Source: Epithemia pelagica
Lineage: Eukaryota; Protista; Bacillariophyta
Assembly: GCA_946965045.2 (NCBI GenBank)
Contig: OX337228.1
Location: 6,634,001 to 6,698,000, forward strand
Direction of reading: 5' to 3'
DNA: 64,000 bases
Positions 1 to 12,034 of the stretch are shown piece after piece. The number at the start of each line of letters is the position of its first letter. Within the stretch, counting starts at the first letter, position 1. A model generated the notes under the pieces. The model was not told the DNA's origin. It ran no database searches and was given only the letters and a program-made list of their open reading frames with translations. Both the position numbers and the translations under genes were made by a program.

Positions 1-1589
1 ATTCTTGAACCATTTTTTGAACGGCTGCTTCAAACAGTTGCAACGCCTCTGTCAGTTCTTCTTCTGCAATAATAAGGGGCGGAACAAAGCGCACGACATC
101 TTTTCCGGCCGCAACCAGCAACAATCCTTGATCCATGGCGGCCAAGACGACCTTGCCGGGTGGTACGTCGGGATGCGTGACCGTCACGCCTTTTAATAGA
201 CCCCAGCCTCGCACAGGTCCCAACAAGGCGGGATACTTTGCGGCAATCGCCTCGAGACCGGCAGCCAATTGATCTCCTCGGGCTTGTACATTGTCCAAGA
301 CATTGTGGTCGGAAAAGTATTGTGCCACAGCCAATCCGGCACTGCAGGCCAAGGGATTGCCTCCATACGTACTGGCATGATCGCCCGGGCCGAGGACTGT
401 GGCGGCTTCCCCCCGTGCCAACATGGCACCAATGGGAACCCCTCCCCCCAAAGCCTTTGCGGAGGTAAACACGTCAGGTACGACGTTGAGATTTTCATAT
501 CCCCAGAGTTTGCCGGATCGTCCCATGCCTACTTGGACTTCATCCATCATCATGAGTGCACCCGTTTCATCACAAATTTCTCGAACCGTTTGAAAAAAGT
601 CGACATTGCCTGGTACAATGCCACCTTCACCTTGCAAGGCTTCCATCATAATGGCCGCCAATCCTTCTCCCGGTGTTTTCTCAATTTCCTGGACGACTTG
701 TTTTAATTCATCAATGTCATTGTAGGTAATGTATCGAAAGCCAGGAACCATTTCTCCGTCATACCCAAATCCTTGATGATATTTGGGCTGTGCTGTGGCC
801 GACAAGGCGGCCAGGGTCCGACCATGAAAGGAATTGTGCGCCGTTACAATAATGGGTTTGTCAATGCCTCGATTGGACGCATGTCGACGAGCACATTTAA
901 TGGCCGCTTCATTGGCTTCGGCGCCCGAATTGCAAAAAAAGACCTTGGTGGCGACCGAATTGGCACACAACCATTCGGCCAAGGCGGCTTGGGCAGGAAT
1001 TTGATACAAGTTGGAAACATGATGGACTTGTTGCATTTGTTGTGTAATGGCTGTCGTCAAGGCTTGGTTGTTGTGTCCCAAGGCACAGGTGGCAATGCCC
1101 GAAACACAATCCATATATTCACGCCCGTCGGTCGTATACAATTTGCAACCATTGCCATTTTTGATAGTCAAGGGATATCGTCTAGACAGAGAAAACACAG
1201 AAGAGGGAAAGCAGAGACACAAAAAGAAGGCGAATCGAGCGACATGAATTAGAAACGTTTGGACCATTCATCCCAGCGCCACCGTCACATGAAAGGGAGC
1301 CACTCATTCATTCAAGGCATGCCAGTCATTCGACAACGTACCCATAGGTTTTTTGTACATTTTGATCGTAGAGTTCCGTCGTTTGTTCGTCCCCTCCCTG
1401 ATCGCTTAACAGATCTTCTATCGATTTGGGAGGAATCAAGTTGGTCCTCGTCGTTTTCGATGAAGTGGTTGTCGAACTGTGTCGTTCGGCCGTCGTGACA
1501 AAACCATGCGTGCCACGGGTGGCCGTCATGATCATGAACACAAGGAGAGACCAGGCGAGAAGAAAACGGGTTGCCACAACGTTCTTCAT
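1..1589 (-). CDS. argD: Acetylornithine aminotransferase (class III PLP enzyme), plastid-targeted; 2 exons visible (1589-1342, 1181-<1), 3' end outside the window
   Basis: Manual minus-strand translation gives YMDCVSGIATCALGH, FFCNSGAEANEAAIK, SFHGRT, EALQGEGG, DEVQVGMGRSG, TSAKALGGGVPIGA and HASTYGGNPLAC. Exon 1 encodes a signal peptide plus THG-F motif. GT-AG intron 1341-1182 joins KTYG/RYP. Confidence 0.92.
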
Positions 1590-2110
1590 CTTGTCCTTTG
1601 GAGATTTGACCTTGATGATAGGGTTTGGATGTTGCTGCTTTTATGTAAAAGGTTCTTTTGTTCCAGACCCTACACCAGCGAGTGGTCGTCAGACACACAA
1701 CAACAGAATGAGAGTGTAGTGTTCTTCGGCAATTGATAGATCGCATACAACTTGGCCGGGGTCGCTGATTGTTCGCTCCAGATCAAGCAAACGTCGGGAC
1801 TCGGGACTCCTTTTGAGTCCCTTCGTGTAGGACTCCTAGTACACGCAGGAGATAGGATAGACAATGAGGAGGCGCTTATGAGACCAGTCAACATCCAAGA
1901 CATCCAACATGCATTGATGATACATGTTGGATACCTTTTACTACGGCATCAAATCAGATGCCCATGACAAACTTTCCCCCATCGTTCATCTCCTACGTAT
2001 CTAGGTAGTACAAAAACATAGTTTGTGAGGAGAACCACAGACACTCGTTCTAGAAAAACACTCACTATTCAAGGTTCTCTCGATAAAGCACCACAACAAA
2101 GCTTTCTCAC

Positions 2111-2541
2111 AATGAGTGAAAACCAAGAGCTGACAAGCCGCCAACTTGTGCTAAACCCTACCAACCAAGACGAGGTGTCGGAGACGAGGATTGTTCCAGT
2201 TCCTGCCCTGGTAGAACGGGAGCAACATGCGGAGGAGCCCATCTTTGTCGAAGCTTGGATAAGAATCTACAAGTACGATCTAGAGTTGGAGAGATTCTAG
2301 AACAGGGCGAAAACGCTGACGAGGACGAGTGCATCACCGTCGGAGGTTTACTGAAAATTTAACAGGACGCTCTCCGAGGGTTGGCCAACTCTTGTGCCAC
2401 GCGTGAAGAGTTCCAGTCAATGGAACGCAAACTTGATGACCTTATGGATCAAGTGCACTTGAGGCTTGACAATCTCATAATAAGCCTTGAAGACATGGCA
2501 GCCCAAAAGAAGAAAGATGATGCTGTGGAGGAAATCGAGTA
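2111..2541 (+). pseudogene. Possible decayed coding sequence (acidic/coiled-coil-like), one frameshift and one in-frame stop
   Basis: MSENQELT...LELERF* continues in a shifted frame as ILEQGENADEDECITVGGLLKI*QDALRGLANSCATREEFQSMERKLDDLMDQVHLRLDNL...EEIE*. No family recognised. Confidence 0.3.
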
Positions 2542-2687
2542 AAGAGAGAAAGAGGTAGCAACGAAATGGATTAAACTGCAGCACATATTATATTCTACAA
2601 CGTCTTGACATAGCTCAAACATACACAATCGGTGGTTCCAGCATAACGATAGCGATTCGACAACGTCTTGCAACTTCCAACAACAAC

Positions 2688-3940
2688 CTACTTGGACTGG
2701 AGGATCGATAGTCTCTCACCATTCGTAGTAGAGACTCCCAACATAATATCGTCCACACGATCGTCCTTGTCATCGTTTTCTTCCACTGATTCTTCAATAG
2801 CTCCCAGTAGATGAGTGAAGCTAGGAAACTTGTCCGACTCCAGCTTCCATTGACTGCTGGTAGTGGTGGTGGCGGTGGTGTCGATGCAGTCGGTTTCCGA
2901 TTCGTGGAGGAAATGGGAGAGAATAGGATTGTCGGGTGGAACAAGGACCGTAACCTTGCGGAGCCATCCTTCCAAGGTCGGAACGTACGAACAGACCAAA
3001 TCTTGTAAAAACGAGAAGGATCGACACAGGACGCCTGGAGGATGTAGCGAAGGGAGCTCCGGTATTTCGATACTGCGTACACTTCGTATCAAATCTTTCC
3101 TGAATTTGCAAATGGACGGCCAAGAACGGGTTGTGGTATACTTGTTTCCTCCAAAGGAAACAGAGAGTTCAAATTTCATGGCTTCATCTTTGCTCGACTC
3201 TCCGCTCCACTCGCCTCGTATGGTTCTTCTCCTCGAACGGGGGGAGATGGTAGAGCTTGTGTCGTTGTTTGTGGCTAACGAATGAACCAACAATGCCGAA
3301 TCAATTCTTGCATCCTTTACCGATATTCCAACACGGTCTGAAGTATCCTCGTGGTTTGCAGCAACACCAGACGATCCTTCTGGATGAGAACAAGAAGCTT
3401 CGTCCGATTTTCTGGGTATCGGTGGAAACAATCCTGGCAATGCATAGGCCGACATGGTTTCTCTCGTAGATAGATTTTATGACGGATGATGAATGAGTTG
3501 GTCCTCTCGTTTCTATTCTTGTTTGTTGGGAACAGGAGAGATTTGGTAAATCACGGATGAAAAAAAAACCAAACATGAGACTTGCGAATCTCTTATCTCT
3601 TGTGCTCTTGGACATTGTAAGCACGACTTTGTCGCTGCGACATGTGCGACCCCCGCACAAATCCATTTCAAAATAGAATCGTCCAATGCCCAAAGAGAGC
3701 TCATCCTTCATGGAGCATCTACATACCTTCCTTCTTCTTTCAACTCCTTGATGTTGTATTGTTGCACTCGAGAGATGATATGCCAAAGAGATGGACGTTT
3801 TATGTCGACTACTATTCTCTGGGAGAATTTGATAGGACGATGGACCACAAAGTTGCAGAGCCACAGCTGCGCCACATTACATGATGATTTTGAAAGAGGG
3901 TGGAGAGAATGCTTACTGTTGCTTCCGTCGGCGCGCCGTC
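2688..3940 (-). CDS. Hypothetical protein with PX (phox)-like domain; 5' exon structure uncertain
   Basis: 255-aa ORF with FELSVSFGGNKYTTTRSWPSICKFRKDL...IPELP...LEGWLRKV...LSHFL, the typical PX pattern. Probable upstream coding segments with GT donors lie near 3590-3900. Confidence 0.5.
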
Positions 3941-4528
3941 GTCGACGTCTCTTCCGTTAACTCAGCATATCTGCGACCGTCTCGTACTATCCACGCGATA
4001 GTGCAAAGGAGGTGATGCCGACCCAACGGACGAACCACAGTCATCCTCCCACGAATACTACCAAGCAGCAGCGAACCGCCGAGCGGTCGAACCGTTGTCT
4101 CTCTCTACAATATTGTAGTGTACTCGTATCGACAAACTCTCTCCTTCTCGGACCCGTCACCAAATCTCCATCAACGATCGTTTTGCGACCCCCGCAGCCA
4201 AAAAAATGGATCCAGACAAAACAATCACAATAAAGTTTCTATTCTCTACATTACCTTCCTAGAGAGAACAGAGAGTCGACACGAGATACGAGCATCGCCT
4301 ATCTCACTGTTCCCGTGTGTGGCCCCGAACCCTGGCTCTTCCCTCCATTCAAAGAGGGAGCGTGCTCACGAAGCATGCCGTACATACAGACGGTCCACCA
4401 GGAGGAGCCTCGGGAACTCTTAGTACATCCGTTCCATGAGTCTTGAATTTCGTAGAATCGCTCATGGTGAATGACACTTTTCGTGCCCACTTTTTGGCTT
4501 CCATTCTTACTTCACTCTCGTCTACTAG

Positions 4529-5050
4529 CTAGGAGTAGTCCATCAACAGATCTGCCGCGACATGGGACACGTGGTCGGATCGAATGGAAACGCAAGAATT
4601 CTTGGTAGTACCAGTACCAGTTGGTGTGGTGCTCTCCACTACCAGGTCGTCTTCGCATTCGGCCAAAATGCTGGCCCGTTGTCGTACCTCCAAGACAAAC
4701 AAGCGAAGAAGTTCCGCCGTCACCAATGCCGTCTCTCGAGACATGGTGCGTTTCCCAGTCTTGTTGCTGTGGTTGTTCCCCGAATTCGAAGACGACGACG
4801 ACGATGCTGTTTCATGAAAGTGGACCAACTTTCGAACCAAACCGGGCGAAAAGGATTTGTTGTTGCTGCTCCCCGCAGGGTTCTCACGTTCCCGCACCAT
4901 TGTTTGGTGTTGTTGTTTGGCATGCAATTGTGCTCCGAACAAATCGACCCGCAGAAAGAAACCCGGATTTTCACCTTCAGCGACTGAAACGCGTTTGCGC
5001 TCTTTTCCAGCCGTGGTAAACTTTTTCTCTTGGAGGGACGCCATCGCCAT
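4529..5050 (-). CDS. CENPX: Centromere protein X / MHF2-like histone-fold protein
   Basis: C-terminal MSRETALVTAELLRLFVLEVRQRASILAE...IRSDHVSHVAADLLMDYS matches the CENP-X/STRA13 pattern. Start at ATG 5050 (MAMASLQEK) is inferred. Confidence 0.72.
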   Translation of the reverse strand: MAMASLQEKKFTTAGKERKRVSVAEGENPGFFLRVDLFGAQLHAKQQHQTMVRERENPAGSSNNKSFSPGLVRKLVHFHETASSSSSSNSGNNHSNKTGKRTMSRETALVTAELLRLFVLEVRQRASILAECEDDLVVESTTPTGTGTTKNSCVSIRSDHVSHVAADLLMDYS

Positions 5051-5403
5051 GAGGATGTGATGGGCGACAGCGGGGTTCGCAATTCGCAAGAGAACAGATA
5101 TGTGTAGAAACAGAACCAACAATCTACCGAGACCGAGAGACGACTCTGAGGAGTCAAACAGCACAGTCCATCACGTTCTCATTCATCAATCAACAAACAA
5201 ATCATCATCATCATCCAATCCAACTCGTACGTGAATGGGCCATCCTTCTCCATCCACAGAACAGTATCCAAAGAAATACACACAAACGACAACGAGAAAC
5301 CAACCGACTGTAAGACATTGAGAGAAGAATGATGCTGTCAACACTGTACCACATCTCATGCTGATGTTCTCTTTCTTTCGAACGCTTTTCAACAGAGAAG
5401 AAT

Positions 5404-8333
5404 ATGAGTCAAGGAGGGTCCGCTTTGTCGTTCCTGGCGCCGCTTGACTTTGACTATAACAACAACACACCAGACGACGATAGCTGCTACTGTTTTGGCA
5501 TGGAACCGAACCACTCGGACGATCCATCTCATTTTGATCCGGAAACCGCGCCACAAACTCGGGCCATGACCACCACCACCACCATGGTCCTCTCGTCCCA
5601 CGTGTGGACGACGGTCCTGAGGTGGTGGTCGTCGTCGTCCATCCTTGGTGGGTCCACTTTGCTGGATCCGTCGTCTGTGGGAAATGGCATGACGGCAGAG
5701 AATACTCATCCTTCCTTCTCGTCCATGGTCCTGTGGTCCAGTCTGATGGTACTACTACTCTTGGTGTTGTCGTCGATGGTCCCGGGACGGTTGCATGGCT
5801 ATTCGGCCCAACTTTGGCGGTGGCCCATTTTGGCCCTCACCTATGGCGCCATTTGGGTGGAACTCGTCTGGTATTGTGCCATTCGACTCGTGATTCGTGT
5901 GGCCGAAGCCGTTGTGGCCCAGCCCAAACATACGGCCTTGCGTCGACACATGGCGGCCGCCACATCCTACCACGAATGGTATCGAGCCGCCCATGCCTTG
6001 GATCAATCGCAACAACGACACCATTGGCTGTTGCACCCTCGGACGACGACCACCAGTGTTGTCTCGACCGTGGAGGATAACGACAACGACAACGACGAAA
6101 CCAGAGATTCGATTCGGTCACGCAATTACAATTGGAAGTTTCTACAAGAATTGATCAAAGATATGCAATTGGTACTGCGACCGGCCAACCCAAACGACAA
6201 CGACGACAAGGACACGGCATCTCGAATTATTTTTGCCATGGCCGTGATTCAACAATGCACACGGTGTGGTCCCAATATGGGTGGCGTGGTCATGAACAGT
6301 GACTTGTTCTCCTATGCCAATACGGGAGAACCCAAACAATTGGTCCTTGACTTTTGTCAACACATTGTGGATACCCTGCGGTGGATGACGAATCAAACAC
6401 TCCGTCTAAAGGAGGCTGCGGCTCCACCACAATCGATCCCCAGCCGGCCCGAAACAAACAACGACAACAACGACCAACCATCACAACCGGCCTCGGGCCA
6501 TTGTGACTCGGTTTCGGACCGTCTTCAACAGGAAAAAGGAAATATATGGAAATCATTTACTGCCGATTGCATGGCGTCCAGAAGCACACTGGCTGATCCA
6601 GACCAAGAAGAAGAAGAAGAAGAAGAAGAAGATTGCAAGGTTGTCCCTCTCCATCCCACGAAACAGCCATCATCCCCACCCATTGTCGTCCACCGTCATC
6701 AAGTATTGGAGTTTCTGAAACGGACACGGTCGGCCTATGGTCGGACCGCCTTGTGTTTGAGTGGGGGTGCCATGATGGGATTGTATCATTTTGGGGTCAT
6801 TCGGGGATTGGCACAAGAGGGATTGTTGCCCCGGATTGTATCGGGGACCAGTGCTGGCAGTGTCGTGGGCGCCTTGGTCTGTACCCGGACCAATGACGAA
6901 TTGCCACACGTCTTGGACCCCAAGGTCATTGGCCCCCGCATGACATGCTTTGATCGACCATGGAAGGAACGACTCGTCAGTTTGTGGAAGCACGGAAACA
7001 TGTTTGATATTGACGAATGGAAACAGAAAATCGAATGGTACGATAATTGTCAAAAAGAGCAGGAACAACACCATGGTCCATTCGAATTGCTAGTGTGGAG
7101 GACAAGAATCTAACATGACATTTTCTCTGATCGTTTGACTTACTCGCAATAATGACACACTTTGGGTATCGCTGGTCCAGGTTCACCAATGGCGATACCA
7201 CCTTTGAGGAAGCATTTCTTCGAACAGGCCGTATTTTCTGTATTACCTTGTCATCCACGTCTAAAAAGGCATCCCCTATTCTTATCAACTATCTTTCCGC
7301 CCCCAACGTGACCATTGCCAGTGCAGTATTGGCCAGTGCCGCGGTACCTGGCTTTATTTCACCCGTTCAGTTGGAATACAAGGACTCACATGGTGTCATT
7401 CGTAGTTATGGGGAGCACAATCAAACCTACTATGATGGTGCGGAGATTCCTGCGTTTGTGTGTATGACATGGCTTACGCTGACCCATTGGTCAATTTCTT
7501 TTTCACCTTTGTAATAGGTTCCATACGTCAAGACATTCCCACGAGCGGACTGGCGGAAATGTTAAACTGCCAGTTCTTTATTGCATCTCAATGCAACCCT
7601 CATATCGTTCCCTTCTTCTTTAATCCCAAAGGAGGAGTTAGAAGACCAAGCAGGTGGTCCAGTGGCGAACAAGAACATTCCTGGCGAGGAGGGTTTCTAT
7701 TGGCGGCACTGGAAATGTATCTCAAGGTACGTCCCTAGCAACGACGCCCACAATCCATATATCTTTCGGTTTCTCACAAAAGCTTTGTGTCCTATATGCA
7801 GAATGATATGAAAGCCAAATGCGTATTCTTGAACGACCTCGAGGCTGCGGTTGGCTTTACATCCACAATGATGACACAAGAATTCGTCGGTTCAACAACC
7901 ATTGTTCCACAGGTTGCCTTCAAGGATTATTTTCGAGTAAGAAAAGAATTGTGAAGCTTGTTGAGTAGCACTTACTTTGTCAAGTATCGAAACTTACCGT
8001 CGCTTCCGTTGCCTTCCCTTCCACGCTTCGAATGGTCGGTTCCTCTCGCTGTTAACGCCATTCTCTACCATCTTGTAGCTGGTTTCGGATCCAGATCCCT
8101 CTGATTTGGAGCGATACTTCCAACGAGGTGAAGTAGCGTCGTATGAGCACACGGTGTTGATCAAACTCCATTTCAGTATTGCCGATGCTCTGGATGAATG
8201 CATAGCAAAGCTTGAACACCCGGACAACAAGGACATTCCGAACGATGAATTTTCCCAACCATCGTCCTCTTTCACGGACCCCTTGCGTCGAGCGGATTTT
8301 AGACGGGAAGGCAAGACCTCGATAGAAACATGA
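5404..8333 (+). CDS. Patatin-family triacylglycerol lipase (SDP1/TGL4-like), about 5 exons
   Basis: AATSYHEWYRAAHALD (DUF3336-like), GRTALCLSGGAMMGLYHFGV oxyanion motif, catalytic GTSAGS, later exons ASAVLASAAVPG, YYDG and SQCNPHIVPFFF. Introns include 7038-7180; last exon 8080-8333. Confidence 0.9.
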
Positions 8334-8630
8334 AACTCTTGATGTAACAAAGAACTTGAACGTTGGATCTACTGTTGGACACAAGATGACAGGCGATGTA
8401 CCCGCCCATCCCAATCCCACAGGTGCCTACAAAACGCTCCGTGTTGCCGTCTATCGCACAAAACAAATGCTAGTCTAGTAATAGTATAGCTTCAGGTTTC
8501 AAGGAGCAAAACAGTACATTCAAGTCGTAGACAACGAAGGAATGGCACCTATAATCTTTGTCTCGAGTCATCATTATAGTGTCTGTCTTGCTGTTGTTGT
8601 AGATTATGTCGCTTCCAAAGAAGGGGCAAG

Positions 8631-11257
8631 TTACACCTCCACACCCATGATACGTGCCACTTGCGGCATATCCTTATCACCACGACCACTCATGTTGATG
8701 ACCAAATCTTTTCCTGGTCCCAATTCTTTGGCCAAGTGCTTGACAGCATAATAGATAGCATGACTGGTTTCCAATGCCGGGATGATTCCTTCCTGTGCAC
8801 ACATTAGTTGGAAGCCTTCGAGTGCTTCTTCGTCCGACACCGCCATGTACTTGGCGCGTCCCGAATCCTTCAAGAACGCGTGTTCTGGGCCGACACCAGG
8901 GTAATCCAATCCAGCGGAAATGGAATGAGTTTCCAGCGTTTGACCTGATTCCGGTTCCTGAATCACATATGTGTAGGCACCTTGCAACACTCCTGGTGTT
9001 CCCTTGGACAAGGTTCCACAATGTTGTCCATCCTTATCTAGACCATACCCAGCCGCTTCCACACCATAGAGAGCAACAGATTCATCGTCCATAAAGGGAT
9101 GGAAGGATCCAATCGCATTGGATCCGCCTCCCACACAAGCCACGACAGCATCGGGTAATTTGCCGGCTTTTTCCATAAATTGCTCCTTGATCTCTTTTCC
9201 AATAACGGATTGGAAATCACGGACAATGGTGGGAAAGGGGTGCGGTCCGACAGCGGAACCAATCAAATAATGCGTGTCACGAACATTGGTCACCCAGTCA
9301 CGCATGGCTTCATTAATCGCATCTTTGAGTGTAGCTTGTCCATCCGAAACCGGAACAACCTTAGCGCCCAAGGTATTCATACGAAACACATTGAGTTTTT
9401 GACGTTCACAATCAACTGCTCCCATGTACACCGTACAATCCAATCCCAATTTCGCACAAATTGTAGCAGTTGCCACACCGTGTTGTCCGGCTCCTGTTTC
9501 GGCAATGATGCGAGGCTTTCCAATGCGCTTGGCCAACAAGGCCTGTCCAATGGCATTGTTAATCTTGTGTGCGCCCGTATGAGCAAGATCTTCTCGTTTC
9601 AACCAAATCGTGGCTCCACCAGCCATTTCCGTCAAACGATCCGCTCTGTGCAAAGGAGTCGGTCCACCTACAAAGTCTCGACGATATTCTGCCAATTCCT
9701 CCAAAAACTCGGGATCATTCTTGATTGCATTGTATTGTTCTTCAATCTCTTCAAAGGCAACTGACAGAGTTTCTGGAATGTATTGTCCCCCAAACGGCGT
9801 CGTTCCAAAATTTTTCTTGTTTTCATCTCCCTCCTGCGATTTTTTCTCCTCTTCCATTGCAGGCGTTTGACCCAACTTGGTGGCTTGATTTTTCACGACA
9901 GCAGCATCTTGTTTCAATCCCGTGGCCAAATGTGCAACAGTGTCACGTACAAGTTTCGCTTGCTCCTCAGTGCTGGTATCTTCCGGTTTCTCGGGGTCCA
10001 CAGCCTTGAGAATGGCACTTCCGACAACCACGCCATCAGCAATGTTCGCTACGCCGTTCACCATGGACGGATCGGAAATGCCAAAACCTACGGCAAGGGG
10101 CAGTTCCGTTTTGGATCGGACACGAGCCACAAAGTCCGGTAAATCTTCTGGAAGGGCGGACCGGGCTCCCGTAACACCCGTGACGGAAACGCAGTACAAA
10201 AAGGTAGTAGCCCGATCGGCCAAAGCTTGAATGCGTTCATCGCTACTCGTCGGAGCGACCAAGGGCACATTGGACAAACCATGTTTCAAACAAGCGCGTT
10301 GCAATTCCTGGCCCTCTTCCGGTGGCAAATCCACAACGATAAAGCCGTCGACACCGGCCGCCGCAGAATCCTGACAAAGTGAGTCCAACCCGTTTTCGTA
10401 TTGCAAAAACGGATTGAAGTATCCCATGAGTACAATTGGGACCGTCAATCCTTTGGAGCGAGCATCTTTGACCATGTCCAAACAGTCTCGCACAGTGCAT
10501 GTACCACCCTTGATGGCCACTTGATTCGTCTTTTGAATGGTGGCGCCATCGGCTTGAGGATCTGTGTAGGGGACGCCCAACTCAATAATCGATGCACCTC
10601 CTTCTTGCATAGCCAACAAAATCGAAGTTGTATCTATTCCAGGAAATAAATTCATATAGGGGAGCAGATGTGCGACATGCCAGAGGCCCATTAGCAAAAC
10701 GAGATGAAGGGGCAAATATAGAGACGACGAAAGAAAAATGAAAAGCAACATGGTAAGATGTAACGTCCATCATGTGTCAAGTTTCCCACCAGATACTGAC
10801 TCTCGGGTCCAACAACCCATTGCTATTGTACTTTTCTCCATGTCGGTTGGCATATGTCCGTTCCAAAGCCTCCGAGGTTTACCATTGAAGGTCCGATCTG
10901 TTTGCCATCTCTTGCTAACGAACGATTCGCTTGTTTGTTCGTACCTTGTGGTTTGGGATATCCAGCCGTCACAAAAGTGATAAAGGCTGCTTCCCCCCGT
11001 TCCTTACAGGAAGCAAAGGCTTGTTCAATTCGTTCAACCCCCATATCGCTTGTCGTCGAAGAAGTGGTCTCTTCTACGGAAGATACGTGCAAAGAGGTCG
11101 AAAATGCTTGCTTGGAAGCACCTCGAGGTAACACCACAGTCGGAGAGGAGAAGGCTTCCACTCCTAGCGAGAATCGAGAAGTTGTTTCGGAGAAGGACAA
11201 TACAACTGAAAGAAGAACAAGCAGCTGTACAACCCGGTGAATTGGTGGTGTAGACAT
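8631..11257 (-). CDS. TRP5: Bifunctional tryptophan synthase (alpha-beta fusion), plastid-targeted; 2 exons (11257-10945, 10633-8631)
   Basis: Alpha motifs [23 protein letters not shown] and GVTG, then beta motifs [49 protein letters not shown] and SGRGDKD. Signal peptide with VEA-F motif. Intron 10944-10634. Confidence 0.96.
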
Positions 11258-12034
11258 GCTCGTCGTGCAGAAACTCTGATCGCTGCAACACTGTAACTCG
11301 TTTAGATGTTTGTTCGAAGTAAAAATGAAAGGAACCGCGACAAATGGTCTGTTTCGACAACCCTTGTTTGCACGTTTGACTGGAACAATTCGGTCGGTTG
11401 TGCGATCTTCTCTGTGTTCCAAACACTAACAAAGATATGTCTGGACAGAAAATGGTTGTTGTGGGTGGATTGGATGCGTGGTCGTTGTTGATGTGGGGCT
11501 TTTTGATGGATTCTCTTGCTTGGCATAGATGATTCTTCACAGAAATTCGTTGAGGTCTGGCTTGGTACGTTTGTGGGCGCAAGGAACGCCACATATCGAA
11601 CTATGTGGGTCTTTATGATGTGGCAAAGGAGTAGCTTTCATAGCTTATATCGTTGTGGGAGATAGGAGAAAGTAGGTTATTGCTCTTGTTGGGTGTACCA
11701 ATCCAAACTGCGTGTTCAGTTTATATGCATTTATTTATTCTCTCTAGAGTATAGTATTGATTTATTTAGGCATTTGCATAGCATGAACCATGGTGATCCC
11801 TTTTCATTCTTCCCCATGATCCATCAAAACCGAGAGAATCCAGCAGACAACGAGGGTCACACAAGCTTCAGTGCATTTCCAGTTGGTGGATCTTGCTGCA
11901 GGTATCCATGAGGCAATGTTCTAAAGGGATTGGATCTTTACTCACGAGGTGAAAGGTCGAATATATCAATGCAATATATCGTCCAATCAGCCCATTCTGT
12001 CTGCCAGTTTACTTGTTTCTTCAAAATATGTGTA

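Noticed and set aside
269-1252. Plus-strand ORFs of 145 and 159 aa
   Set aside because: Antisense shadows of argD, which the ORF track misses because its stop lies outside the window.
10634-10751. N-terminus MLLFIFLSS... of the 706-aa Trp synthase ORF
   Set aside because: Lies in the intron; the true first exon with the TrpA N-terminus and presequence is 11257-10945.
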